Assembly (NCBI GenBank): GCA_048938105.1
Contig: JBHLMN010000006.1
Span: 1 to 64,000 of the forward strand
Reading direction: 5' to 3'
Source of the DNA: Promethearchaeota archaeon
GTDB taxonomy: Archaea > Asgardarchaeota > Heimdallarchaeia > Hodarchaeales > Hodarchaeaceae
DNA length: 64,000 nt
The position numbers were made by a program, and so were the translations under genes. The notes beneath the pieces are model-generated. The model searched no databases. It saw only the letters and a program-made list of their open reading frames with translations, and was not told the DNA's origin. Positions 9,986 through 19,734 of this stretch are shown piece after piece. Each line of letters starts with the position of its first letter. The stretch's first letter is position 1.

Positions 9986-11641
9986 CTATTTTCCATTATT
10001 TATCCATGTACAATTTTCTAGATTTACTTGAGGGATTCTAAAGAAGGGATCTATTTGAACAGAAACAGGCTTAAGAGTACTTTCAAATTCTATAGTTTGT
10101 AACCCCCTTTTTGTGAAAGTAACAGGTTTGATGAACAACTCTCCTTCTAAAGAAGTCTGATAACCGATTTCAGTTATTAATTCTATATCCTCTTCCGATT
10201 CAATATTTATTCCAATTTTAGTTACAAAATTATCCCTCTTTTCTTCAGAATCGACACTGATAATAGAAAGATCGATTTTTGGAACGTGATTAATCCAAGG
10301 TTCTAGATATTCTTTGATATTGACTGGAGTTTCTTCTTCTAAATGTGAAAGGAATTCTTCATAAGTCACGTTTTTATAACCATAGTCTCTGAAAAAACGC
10401 CCTAAACCAGCAAAAAGGGCTTTATCCCCGATTTTTTGTCTTAATTGTTCCCACACTAGAGCACCATAATAATATATCAATGCAAAACTTTCTCTTATTC
10501 CACCAATCTTATCAACATTTAATAAAGGGCTTTCAGTGTTAAAACCTTCACTTTCAATATAACTATTTACAAAAAACTTCCTTGCTTGGATACCTACATT
10601 CATATTGACAATCTTTTCCATTGCCCAAGTAGCAATGAAATTCGCTCCTCCCTCTGCAAACCATTCAAAGAGATCACCAGAAAAGTAAACATAGAATAAA
10701 TTCCAATTATGAAAAATTTCATGCGCACAGATGCCTACCATATAGGGTTCATTTAAGAATTTTGTATCGAAGTAGATAGCATTCCCCTTATTTTCTGCGC
10801 CTCCCATAGTTGAATCATATGCCCCCACTGTAGCAAACTTGTATGTCTTTGTTCCATTATCACCAAAGTATTCATGAAATAGCTGTACAATATGAAAAAG
10901 AGAATTAAATAAACCTTTATCCAATGACAATCCAGGATAGATAAAAAAATCAATACACAAGCCATTTCTACATTGACTAAATTTTTGATAAGGGGCAACG
11001 GAAAAAGCGGGGATATTAGGAGTTTTACTTCTATAATGGTCAATAATAAATCCATTTTCTTTTTTAGTAGATTTTAGTAAACCGGGGACACAAGAATGAT
11101 TTCCTTCAGGATATTTAATTATGAGATCAAAAGGTGCTGAAGGTTCGCCATAAAGTATACGCAAATAATGACCACTACAAGGCTCAACAGCATAAGATAT
11201 TAGTGGATTAACAACAAAAGACCACATATACTTTGGTTCACTTTTTTTTATTTCTCCTGGGGACATGTGAAGGTTCGTATGTATTATAAACTCTTGATTA
11301 GGTTTAATGGATTCTTCCAAATTTATTTTGATAAGCTGATATTTTATTCCCTCTAATCCTTCAAAACGAATAAATTGGTCTTCAACTTGAGTAGTTATAT
11401 ATTTATGATTAAGTGTTTTGTCAGTGGTAAAGTCCTTAATAATGATAGAGCTAATAACTAGATATCCGTACAAAATGGCTTCGATTTCTGCAATAGATTC
11501 ATTTGAATTGTTTTTAACTTGGATTATTTGCTCTGATTTGAATAGTGTGTTCTCTAGATCTATTTCATAAAGGAGATCATATTTGAGAATTTGGAAAAGG
11601 TTCTCATTCTCAAATGTCTTAATTAAGTATTGAGCTTTCAT
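9986..11641 (-). CDS. M1-family zinc aminopeptidase
   Basis: GGAEN exopeptidase motif, HEIFH-X18-E (WFAEG), YYYGA. Confidence 0.88.
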   Translation of the reverse strand: MKAQYLIKTFENENLFQILKYDLLYEIDLENTLFKSEQIIQVKNNSNESIAEIEAILYGYLVISSIIIKDFTTDKTLNHKYITTQVEDQFIRFEGLEGIKYQLIKINLEESIKPNQEFIIHTNLHMSPGEIKKSEPKYMWSFVVNPLISYAVEPCSGHYLRILYGEPSAPFDLIIKYPEGNHSCVPGLLKSTKKENGFIIDHYRSKTPNIPAFSVAPYQKFSQCRNGLCIDFFIYPGLSLDKGLFNSLFHIVQLFHEYFGDNGTKTYKFATVGAYDSTMGGAENKGNAIYFDTKFLNEPYMVGICAHEIFHNWNLFYVYFSGDLFEWFAEGGANFIATWAMEKIVNMNVGIQARKFFVNSYIESEGFNTESPLLNVDKIGGIRESFALIYYYGALVWEQLRQKIGDKALFAGLGRFFRDYGYKNVTYEEFLSHLEEETPVNIKEYLEPWINHVPKIDLSIISVDSEEKRDNFVTKIGINIESEEDIELITEIGYQTSLEGELFIKPVTFTKRGLQTIEFESTLKPVSVQIDPFFRIPQVNLENCTWINNGK

Positions 11642-11844
11642 AATGTATCAAATATACATAAATCTGTAATTTTCTTTTTAAAAGTATCTTTAGGGGCAGG
11701 TTATCTCTTTAGAATAAGCAATTACTTTAATAGAATTTTAATAACGTATTAAAATTAAAAAGCTCTGGTTTTAGAAATTCAAATACACTACTTCTAAGTA
11801 TAAATAAACAAATTTACTTTGCTGTTAAAGAAGGAAATATCTTA

Positions 11845-12792
11845 ATGGATCCATTTTTCATATTTCTAGCCTTCATTGGAACTATTGTTATTTCGACAAG
11901 TTTTGTATATAGTAAGTTGGTTCTCACTCAAATTAAAAATCCAATACATATGTTATTTCTTCAAATATCAATAAACTATGTTCTTTTACTAATTCTTTAC
12001 TTTCCAAGTCTTTTACTGTTTGGTTCTGAAATGAATAAGAATTTAACCATTAGCAATATTTTTATAATATTCTGTTCTGCGATGGTTATCTTTACTGGAT
12101 TAGTTACTTTTTTTATTGGATTAAACGAAGGAAATGTTTCTACTGGAGGAGTTGTTGTTTCTTCACGAATGATATTTAGTGTTTTCTTAGCATGGTTGTT
12201 CTTAAGTGAACGATTTCCTTTTAATTCTTATCTCTTTATTCTTATAGTGTTCATTGGAGTGCTATTGGTATCATGGCAAAAAGATCTGAGATTAACGGAC
12301 ATTTTCCTTTTTAAATCCAGTGGTTCTGGGTGGTTCATAGTAGCAGTGATTTTTTTTGCAATAGGTAATGCGTTTATTCGCCTACTTAGTAACCAGATTA
12401 ATGTTCTCACTCAACTTGTATTCCGATTGACATTTTTACTAATTGCAACTCTTGTATTCTATCCCATATTAAACAGAAGAATTGGAGATAAAAGACCCTT
12501 AAAGGACACTGTAAGAAGACCAAAACTGGTTTTACAGGCCATAATATACGTACTTCTTATAATGATTGCAGATATTGCAACAACTCTTGCTATAGGAGAA
12601 TCTTTAACTATAACTGAAGCTATTACTGCTTTAGAAGGCCTTTTCGTTTTTATATTCATGTTTCTCATTGCACAAAACAAAACTTTTCAGAAGGCCCTTC
12701 AAGAACCTTTTGATAGAGAAACACTGACAGTAAGATTTCTGGGAGTAATAATAGCTACTATTGGGATAATTAGTTTTATTTATAGCTTATAG
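11845..12792 (+). CDS. EamA/DMT-family transporter
   Basis: About 10 hydrophobic helices in two repeats, LAWLFLSERF motif. Confidence 0.85.
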   Translation: MDPFFIFLAFIGTIVISTSFVYSKLVLTQIKNPIHMLFLQISINYVLLLILYFPSLLLFGSEMNKNLTISNIFIIFCSAMVIFTGLVTFFIGLNEGNVSTGGVVVSSRMIFSVFLAWLFLSERFPFNSYLFILIVFIGVLLVSWQKDLRLTDIFLFKSSGSGWFIVAVIFFAIGNAFIRLLSNQINVLTQLVFRLTFLLIATLVFYPILNRRIGDKRPLKDTVRRPKLVLQAIIYVLLIMIADIATTLAIGESLTITEAITALEGLFVFIFMFLIAQNKTFQKALQEPFDRETLTVRFLGVIIATIGIISFIYSL

Positions 12793-12840
12793 AAGAATTA
12801 TCAAAGTATCTAAATTCACAAAGAAGAGGAACGATCAACA

Positions 12841-13713
12841 ATGAACGATTTTTTATATTTGAAAGGGAAAATGAGTGGTTGGGGGCCATTTGAGCAAGTA
12901 AGTTCAAATACATTAATTTTTTCAATGGGAAATCCTTGCGAAGGACATGGTCCTGCATTATCTCCTGATAATGATAGTCGTTGTGCAAATTTCGTCGCTT
13001 ATCATGTATCTGAACGATCTGGAGCCAAATTTGTTGCCCACATACCTTATACTACCGATCAAGTCGGAGATATCGCCTTAGATTGGAGTCCTGCTTACAT
13101 ACCAATGGAAGAATGTGTGAATAAATGTGTGGACTATATAGAATATCATTGTAAGATTCTCCAAGAACTTGGGATTGATTTTTCTAGGATTCTCATTATT
13201 AACGGTCATGGTGGTAATTATGGCGTTGATAAATTCTCCATTTGGGGCGAGTTTAAAACTGAATTTAGATTATCTGATTTAATATTTGTGAACACTTATG
13301 AGGTTAATGTTGAGGAATTCCTTCGATCACAAAATTACTCAAATGAAACTCGGAACGCCTATCTGACTGCAGTACACACTGGAGGGCATGCAGATACTAT
13401 TGAGCACTCAATTGCGACGTTATACGGGGGAGTCGATTACGGTAAGCTCAATAAAATGAATAATTTTATTATCAAAAATGGTACAGAAGCAGCATTGAGA
13501 AAATGGCCTGTATTAGGAGGATTAGGAGGGTACCTCAAGTTCGGTGGGGAACAGTATGAACCATTAAGAAAAGTAGGATTAGAACGCTGCTTGAAACAAT
13601 TTGAAGAAGATGGTCAAATATTTTTGTTCCCAGAGTTAGCTCAGATAGTTATGGAACATTTAATAAAAAGGATAAGTGGTATGATAGAAAATTTCACAAC
13701 TAGGAAGAGATAA
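12841..13713 (+). CDS. Creatininase-family amidohydrolase (ArfB-like deformylase)
   Basis: EGHGPAL..DND, INGHGGN, GGHADTIE metal motifs. Confidence 0.8.
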   Translation: MNDFLYLKGKMSGWGPFEQVSSNTLIFSMGNPCEGHGPALSPDNDSRCANFVAYHVSERSGAKFVAHIPYTTDQVGDIALDWSPAYIPMEECVNKCVDYIEYHCKILQELGIDFSRILIINGHGGNYGVDKFSIWGEFKTEFRLSDLIFVNTYEVNVEEFLRSQNYSNETRNAYLTAVHTGGHADTIEHSIATLYGGVDYGKLNKMNNFIIKNGTEAALRKWPVLGGLGGYLKFGGEQYEPLRKVGLERCLKQFEEDGQIFLFPELAQIVMEHLIKRISGMIENFTTRKR

Positions 13714-13803
13714 ACTTCTATTTTCAACTATTATATCATAATGAAATATATTGTTCTACGTCACTTATAAGAATGAATTGATGAATGGAATCATGGTGTA
13801 AGG

Positions 13804-14340
13804 TTGATGACTACTACCGATGAAAAGCAGCGAAAATTACCCATTCGGGTGGATCTTGATGAAGAGGACGCAAAAAAGTTCAAAGCTGTTAAAAAAAAGT
13901 TTAAACTAAAGAATAAAGCTGAAGTGCTACGTTTTTGTGTGAATAAAGTCTACCATGGAATAGCTCTAGAAATCGATGAAGATTTATACAATGAAATCCA
14001 TAAAATAATATCCAGTCGGCATATCAAGATCAAGTACGCAATAACCAGTGTTGATGATTTCATCAAACGAGCAGTAAGTGAATTTTTGATAATTTTAAAA
14101 AAAGAATGGAGTTTGAAGAACTGGAGTATGCGACAGACCCTTTCACAAGAGGAAAACGATACCGCTGTAGCTCTACTTGAATTACAGCTGCAGAAGATTC
14201 CAGGAGTCACCATTGAGGATTTAACTGAATATTTGCAAAAAGATCAGAAAATTATTGGAGAACATCTTGAAAAATTCATGACCGACGCGCTGCTTGATTT
14301 TAGAGAGTCACAGGGTAAGATTTATTATTATGCACATTAA
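13804..14340 (+). CDS. Putative DNA-binding protein: tandem ribbon-helix-helix domains plus C-terminal winged HTH
   Basis: PIRVDLDEEDAKKF...NKAEVLRFCV and IALEIDEDLYNEI...SVDDFIKRAVSEFL both fit RHH. GVTIEDLTEYL...IGEHLEKF...LLDFRESQGKIYYY fits wHTH. Confidence 0.65.
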   Translation: MMTTTDEKQRKLPIRVDLDEEDAKKFKAVKKKFKLKNKAEVLRFCVNKVYHGIALEIDEDLYNEIHKIISSRHIKIKYAITSVDDFIKRAVSEFLIILKKEWSLKNWSMRQTLSQEENDTAVALLELQLQKIPGVTIEDLTEYLQKDQKIIGEHLEKFMTDALLDFRESQGKIYYYAH

Positions 14341-14361
14341 CAATAGAACGGTTGTGTTATA

Positions 14362-15111
14362 ATGGAAAGAATCCTTATCCATAGCTATAAGGGAGGAACA
14401 GGAAAAACTACAGTAGCGCTGAACATTGCTAATATACTATCCCATCATAATAAAATCTTGCTTATAGAAAATGATTTCAAAATGCCATCCTTTTTCTATA
14501 TCTTTAAGCGTGAACCTAATCTTTATTTCAATGATTATCTCATTGGGAATGCTAATTTTAATGAAATAATTGAGTGTGATGTCAAATCCAATCTGGATGT
14601 GATTTTTACTAATAAGAGCTTCGACCCAAACGAGAAAGTCATGGGTTCGGATCAAGAGTGGTTTCTTATTATCCTAGAGCGAATGATGGGAGATCTTAAA
14701 GCCCTCGAAGATAAATATGATTATGTTATTTTCGACACACCCCCAGGATGGCATTTAATTGTAGCTAATCTGATCATGTTGTCAAATAAAGCTGTTCTAT
14801 TACTTCGTCCCAACTCGTATGCAGTGAATGGCACGAAGAGAATGCTAGAGGTCCTTTATAAGAGAGCAAGACCAATTGGTAGTTGGGACGTTTATTTGCT
14901 ATTCAATCAAGTTCCAGAAGTAGATATGAAAGCAGAACTAGAGAGGTGGGCTGGAGAATTCCAGAAAGAGGGCATAAAATACGCTGGGTACATCTCTTGT
15001 TCTTGTAATACTGCTTATCAGATGGCCCACGAAGCAATGATTTTTTCATTAGAACATAAATTTAACCAAGCACTTCAAAAAGCGTTGAATACATTGTTTG
15101 AAACAGTCTAG
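14362..15111 (+). CDS. ParA/MinD-family ATPase
   Basis: Deviant Walker A KGGTGKT, LLIEND, switch II FDTPPG, LLFNQV. Confidence 0.92.
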   Translation: MERILIHSYKGGTGKTTVALNIANILSHHNKILLIENDFKMPSFFYIFKREPNLYFNDYLIGNANFNEIIECDVKSNLDVIFTNKSFDPNEKVMGSDQEWFLIILERMMGDLKALEDKYDYVIFDTPPGWHLIVANLIMLSNKAVLLLRPNSYAVNGTKRMLEVLYKRARPIGSWDVYLLFNQVPEVDMKAELERWAGEFQKEGIKYAGYISCSCNTAYQMAHEAMIFSLEHKFNQALQKALNTLFETV

Positions 15112-15312
15112 GCGAAAATAAAAAGAATTTAATATCTAATCAATGATTAGTTTACACTTTGTCAACAATTGTACATTTCCTTATTATTAAAAGACACACC
15201 AACATGAATTCAGTTCACTTAATCACATTTGAAGATCACATTCTTATTTGTAAGAATTAGGATGAGGAGATGAAGAAAGATACGCTTATAACATGAGATT
15301 TTAAGATAAATT

Positions 15313-16140
15313 CTATTTGCTAAAAAAATTATACCAATACTCCACTGCAACTGGTTTCCAGATATCAGCCTCCATCTGGAAAAAATCAGGAGCAGTTACT
15401 GTGTCAGCTGTCTCATTGGAATTTAAAGCATTGAGGACAACACTCTTTAAGGATTTATAAAACGATATATGCTTATCTAAGTCTCCTTTTCCATTTAATG
15501 TGGATCCATGCCCAGGAATAATTATTTGTAGATCCATTTTTCGGAAATTTTGAAGTTGAGTAATCCATATTTCTGGATTACATGTTGGATCCCCTGCATA
15601 GGGGTAGATATCTTGGAAAATCAGATCTCCTGTTAAGAGGACTTTTTCTGCTGGAAAGTAAATGTAGCTTGACCCAGAAGTGTGACCACCAGAATGATGA
15701 ATTTCAAGGAATAAATCTTCATCTCGGAGAATAAGCTGGTTTTGGAAACATATAGTTGGTAGAAGAATTTCTATTCCTTCAGTTAATTCTGGTTCTTCGA
15801 TTATTAATCCTGTTTTCCATTCTTCCAAAGGTTTCAGTGTCTTATGATTGGTTAAATTTTCTAATGTCTTTGTTGAGCTTATAATGGGTATATCTTTGAA
15901 CGCGGGAGCGCCAAAAATATGGTCTCCGTGATAATGAGTGTAAATTAAGTATTTGATAGGGATTTCAAATGTCTTTTCAAATTTTTGACGAAAAAGTTCA
16001 GCAGTATTTCGATATGAAGTTGTATCTACAATAACTGCATAGTTCTGTAGAATTATGCCACTAATATTCCCTGAACGAATCATACTATTATTAATAACGA
16101 TATGAGGAGTGATTGTCTTTAATGTATAGTTTAATTCCAC
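15313..16140 (-). CDS. MBL-fold metallo-hydrolase
   Basis: THYHGDH, GGHT, TGD, PGHG. Confidence 0.92.
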   Translation of the reverse strand: MELNYTLKTITPHIVINNSMIRSGNISGIILQNYAVIVDTTSYRNTAELFRQKFEKTFEIPIKYLIYTHYHGDHIFGAPAFKDIPIISSTKTLENLTNHKTLKPLEEWKTGLIIEEPELTEGIEILLPTICFQNQLILRDEDLFLEIHHSGGHTSGSSYIYFPAEKVLLTGDLIFQDIYPYAGDPTCNPEIWITQLQNFRKMDLQIIIPGHGSTLNGKGDLDKHISFYKSLKSVVLNALNSNETADTVTAPDFFQMEADIWKPVAVEYWYNFFSK

Positions 16141-16249
16141 TAAACATTCTCCTTATACTTATAAAGTAAGGTAATGATCTACATATATTATAAAAAAATC
16201 AATGTTTCTCAGGAAAAGCATTGCATTTTATAGGTTCTGTGAATGCAAA

Positions 16250-17254
16250 ATGAAAGCCCAACAGATAATTTTTCCCTCACCTGGTGAAGTGGAACTAGAA
16301 GAATTTTATTTCAATACCCTAAATCTGGGGAACGCAGATATTGCGATAGAAACAGAATACAGCATTATCAGTGCTGGTACCGAGCTTGCAATAATGAAGG
16401 GCATTGAATCCTGGGCCCCCCTGCCTTTTGTTCCTGGTTACGGGTCTATTGGTAAAGTTATTGCTGTAGGTAAAGTTTTTAAGCAATTCAAAGTAGGAGA
16501 CCGTGTATTCACATTTGGTAAACATGCTAGCCAGGCGTTAACTTCTATACTTACTCTTCCAGTACCAAATGGTCTGGATAGTTTAAAAGCTGTTATATCT
16601 AGGATGGCTGCAGTTTCAATCACTGCGAATCGCATATCACAAGCTGAACTTGGTGATTATGTTTGTGTATTTGGTTTAGGCCTTGTTGGAAATCTATCAG
16701 CACAATTATTTACTCTTTGTGGATGTGAAGTAATTGGAATTGATATTTCTCAATCAAGATTGGATTTAGCAAAAAAATGTGGAATAAAACATATTATAAA
16801 TCCTATAGAAGAAGACATTCATGAAATTATATCTGCTATTACTAATGGGGAGATGTGTAGCTCGGTAATTGAAGCAACTGGTATTCCTTCGGTTGCTGAA
16901 CAAGCAATTAGTTATGCTGGTGTATTAGGAGAACTTATCCTGCTTGGAAGTCCGAGGGAGGAATATCAAACTAATTTAACAGACTTTCTTAATCGAAGTC
17001 ATCTCATTACACACGGCTGTATAACAATTAAAGGAGCCCTTGAATGGCGTTTCCCTATAAACAGAAATTCGTTAACTAAACATTCTATTGAAAGAAATCT
17101 ACAAATTATCTTTAGATTAATCCAAGATAACAAATTGAAGGTTTCCAACCTTATAACTCATGTATTATCCCCTTCGAAGTGTAAAGAAGCATATGAGGGG
17201 TTAAAAAGTAATAAAGATGAATTTATTGGTGTAATTTTCGATTGGAAGAAATAA
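16250..17254 (+). CDS. MDR-superfamily (zinc-type alcohol dehydrogenase-like) oxidoreductase
   Basis: ISAGTE, PGY, GLGLVG Rossmann motif. Canonical Zn cysteines absent. Start at 16250 (MKAQQI) preferred over 16202. Confidence 0.88.
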   Translation: MKAQQIIFPSPGEVELEEFYFNTLNLGNADIAIETEYSIISAGTELAIMKGIESWAPLPFVPGYGSIGKVIAVGKVFKQFKVGDRVFTFGKHASQALTSILTLPVPNGLDSLKAVISRMAAVSITANRISQAELGDYVCVFGLGLVGNLSAQLFTLCGCEVIGIDISQSRLDLAKKCGIKHIINPIEEDIHEIISAITNGEMCSSVIEATGIPSVAEQAISYAGVLGELILLGSPREEYQTNLTDFLNRSHLITHGCITIKGALEWRFPINRNSLTKHSIERNLQIIFRLIQDNKLKVSNLITHVLSPSKCKEAYEGLKSNKDEFIGVIFDWKK

Positions 17255-17300
17255 CCAAGTCTCCGATAGATCTATTCTTCACCAATTAAAGACTAGACTT

Positions 17301-18281
17301 TTACCAGGGAGGGTGATAAATCCCAGGAAGTTCGGGTTTGTTTTGTAAGATCTCCTCGATTTCTTTAAGTACTTCATTGCTGAGTTGAACAGACGAGGCA
17401 GCTATATTTGTTTCAACATGTTCGGGTTTAGTAGCTCCAGTGATAGCACAACTGATCACCTCATGACGTAATATCCAAGCAAGAGCAAGTTGACTTAAAG
17501 TAATTTCTAGCGATTCAGCGATAGGAACCAGTTTTTTGACCTTTTCTACATTTTCTGTGGTTAAATCCCAACGTAGCCAGTCAGTAGTTGCCCCCCGACT
17601 TCCAGCTGGTACACCTTCATTATACTTCCCTGTGAGAATTCCTTGGGAAAGGGGAGAAAAACATGTGATGCCCATACCATTCCTTTTACAAGTTTCTATG
17701 ACTTCTAGTTCTATATAGCGTGAAATCATGTTATATTGAGGTTGTTCAACAATTGGAGGGTGACCCCCAATATCTCTTGCTATCCAGACCGCTCTTTCTA
17801 ACTGGATGGCTGGCCAGACACTCGTACCCCAATAGTGAATTAAACCGCGATCAACCAGGTTGGTCATTGCTTGAACTACCTCTTCAAGGGGAGTATAAGG
17901 ATCATAACGGTGACAGAAATAGATATCCAAATATTCAAGTTCTAGACGCTTAAGAGTGCCTTCAATCGACTCCATAATATGTTTACGGCTTAACCCTCTA
18001 TCGTTAATATTATTAGTCATTGGCCAGAAGACTTTACTTGAAAGTACTAAGTCTTTTCGATTGTAGTTCTCCTCCCGAATGATTCTCCCCACTATTGTTT
18101 CAGCTTGGCCCTTAGCGTAGACATCTGCATTATCAATGAAATTAACACCTAGTTCTATTGCTTTAGTTATACATTCATGGCTTCTAACTAGGTCTAATGC
18201 TCCCCCATATGTTAACCAAGCCCCTAATGATATTTCACTAATCTTCAGTCCTGAATTTCCAACATTACGGTATTTCATCAA
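17301..18281 (-). CDS. Aldo/keto reductase (Kv-beta-like subfamily)
   Basis: SEISLGAW, DNADVY, SSKVFW, YFCHR, SPLSQGILTGKY. Confidence 0.95.
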   Translation of the reverse strand: MMKYRNVGNSGLKISEISLGAWLTYGGALDLVRSHECITKAIELGVNFIDNADVYAKGQAETIVGRIIREENYNRKDLVLSSKVFWPMTNNINDRGLSRKHIMESIEGTLKRLELEYLDIYFCHRYDPYTPLEEVVQAMTNLVDRGLIHYWGTSVWPAIQLERAVWIARDIGGHPPIVEQPQYNMISRYIELEVIETCKRNGMGITCFSPLSQGILTGKYNEGVPAGSRGATTDWLRWDLTTENVEKVKKLVPIAESLEITLSQLALAWILRHEVISCAITGATKPEHVETNIAASSVQLSNEVLKEIEEILQNKPELPGIYHPPW

Positions 18282-18404
18282 TAAAAACCTCTGTATAACT
18301 ATAGTTCTTGACTATCCAAAGGAGTAATATTCTAAACTATTTCAATATTCCTTTTTGACAGAATTAATGATGTGGAAGAGTAGTGCTACTAGTAATATAA
18401 TACC

Positions 18405-19181
18405 TCAGAGTAAATTAATAAGTCGCCCTGTCCAGCCTATATTTAACTGATTTTCTCCCTTATAAGAATTTACGTAACCAAATTCAATTCTTACTCTATC
18501 ATCGACTTTTACCTGTGTAATCTGTTCGTTCCACAATACTAAAATGATTTTACCTGTTGCATCACCAAGTTCTGCATTAGCTACGGAGAGAGTTTTTCCT
18601 GATCGGGATCTCACTTTTCTAGGTGCTGATATCGTAAGAATAATCCCTTCTACAGTAACATTTTTCAATCCATCTTTTAGCTCCCCTACTTTAATCATCA
18701 TGTAAGGTGTTGATGAGTCCATCATTTTTTGATACCATATTCCTCTCCAATTGGATTCTCCCTTTTCCCATCCCACTTGTTTAAATCCTAGCTTCTCGTA
18801 GAAGTGTCTTGTCCTCACGTTCCACTCAGGAGTTCCTAATGTCCAAACTCGGACATTGGGATACATTTCCAAGAGTAATTCCATCGCCCGAGAAGCAATA
18901 CCTTTGTTATGGTGAGGTGGATCTACGAAAATTCCTTCTAGCGTTCGGTGATGTTTTCCCCCACGAGTAAAAAGGCCCCCAACAATATCTTTTTCTAGAA
19001 GGATTTTATAATAATCCATGAATCTTATAAAACGTTGTTGAGATGATGGGGAGTCATATCCTGGTGGTCCTCCAGATCCAGTAGCTCCCACTTCAATATC
19101 ACTGTCATAAGCCCTTTTTGATATTGATGCGAGCTCCTCGGCATCCTTCTCTTCAGCTCGTTCGATTCTAATTTTAATCAT
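18405..19181 (-). CDS. GNAT acetyltransferase fused to a C-terminal SSB/RPA-type OB fold
   Basis: Residues 1-155 are GNAT (FVDPPHHNKGIA, N...FYEKLGF). Residues ~162-258 (KVGELKDGLKNVTVEG...LGDATGKIILVLWNEQ...GYVNSYKGENQLNIG) match archaeal SSB/RPA OB folds. Confidence 0.88.
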   Translation of the reverse strand: MIKIRIERAEEKDAEELASISKRAYDSDIEVGATGSGGPPGYDSPSSQQRFIRFMDYYKILLEKDIVGGLFTRGGKHHRTLEGIFVDPPHHNKGIASRAMELLLEMYPNVRVWTLGTPEWNVRTRHFYEKLGFKQVGWEKGESNWRGIWYQKMMDSSTPYMMIKVGELKDGLKNVTVEGIILTISAPRKVRSRSGKTLSVANAELGDATGKIILVLWNEQITQVKVDDRVRIEFGYVNSYKGENQLNIGWTGRLINLL

Positions 19182-19355
19182 ACTTCTCCATTCTCTATTC
19201 TAATTTTGTAATTCTTTAATCGAGCATACAAAATACCTATTATTTGCATAACTAGCTACAAAGACTCAGAGGTAAGTGATTAAGACTATTTCACTCTGAT
19301 ATTACTAATCTTAATAAATATAAAAAACCATTATAAAATCGTTTATTGAGGTAAA

Positions 19356-19733
19356 TTGCCATCAGTGAAATCATTTAGCCAGTTATTTGGTTTAAAAGTC
19401 GATACTGAAATAGGTAATGAAATTTTTATTACTAAATGTCAAATAGAACATATTAAAGGGAAAAAAGGAAAATATATTTTCAACATAACAATTATCATTA
19501 AGAGAAAAGGAAAAACAAGCAAACAAATAGGTGAGGAAGTTCTTTCTCGATTTTTAAACTATTTAAGGAAAACTGGAGGTCAAGATGGACGGATTATGCA
19601 CACTTCTTATGGTACTCCTTATGAATGTGCTATGAGTTCAATTATAGTAAAATCAATTATTGAAGACCAAGTAATTTTAGAATCAACAGGAAATTGTACT
19701 CGTAGGTATGATTTACCAACTAAAAGGAGATAA
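19356..19733 (+). CDS. Hypothetical basic protein
   Basis: 125-aa ORF with TTG start after GAGGT, fills the gap between genes. No family recognised. Confidence 0.65.
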   Translation: MPSVKSFSQLFGLKVDTEIGNEIFITKCQIEHIKGKKGKYIFNITIIIKRKGKTSKQIGEEVLSRFLNYLRKTGGQDGRIMHTSYGTPYECAMSSIIVKSIIEDQVILESTGNCTRRYDLPTKRR

Positions 19734-19734
19734 A

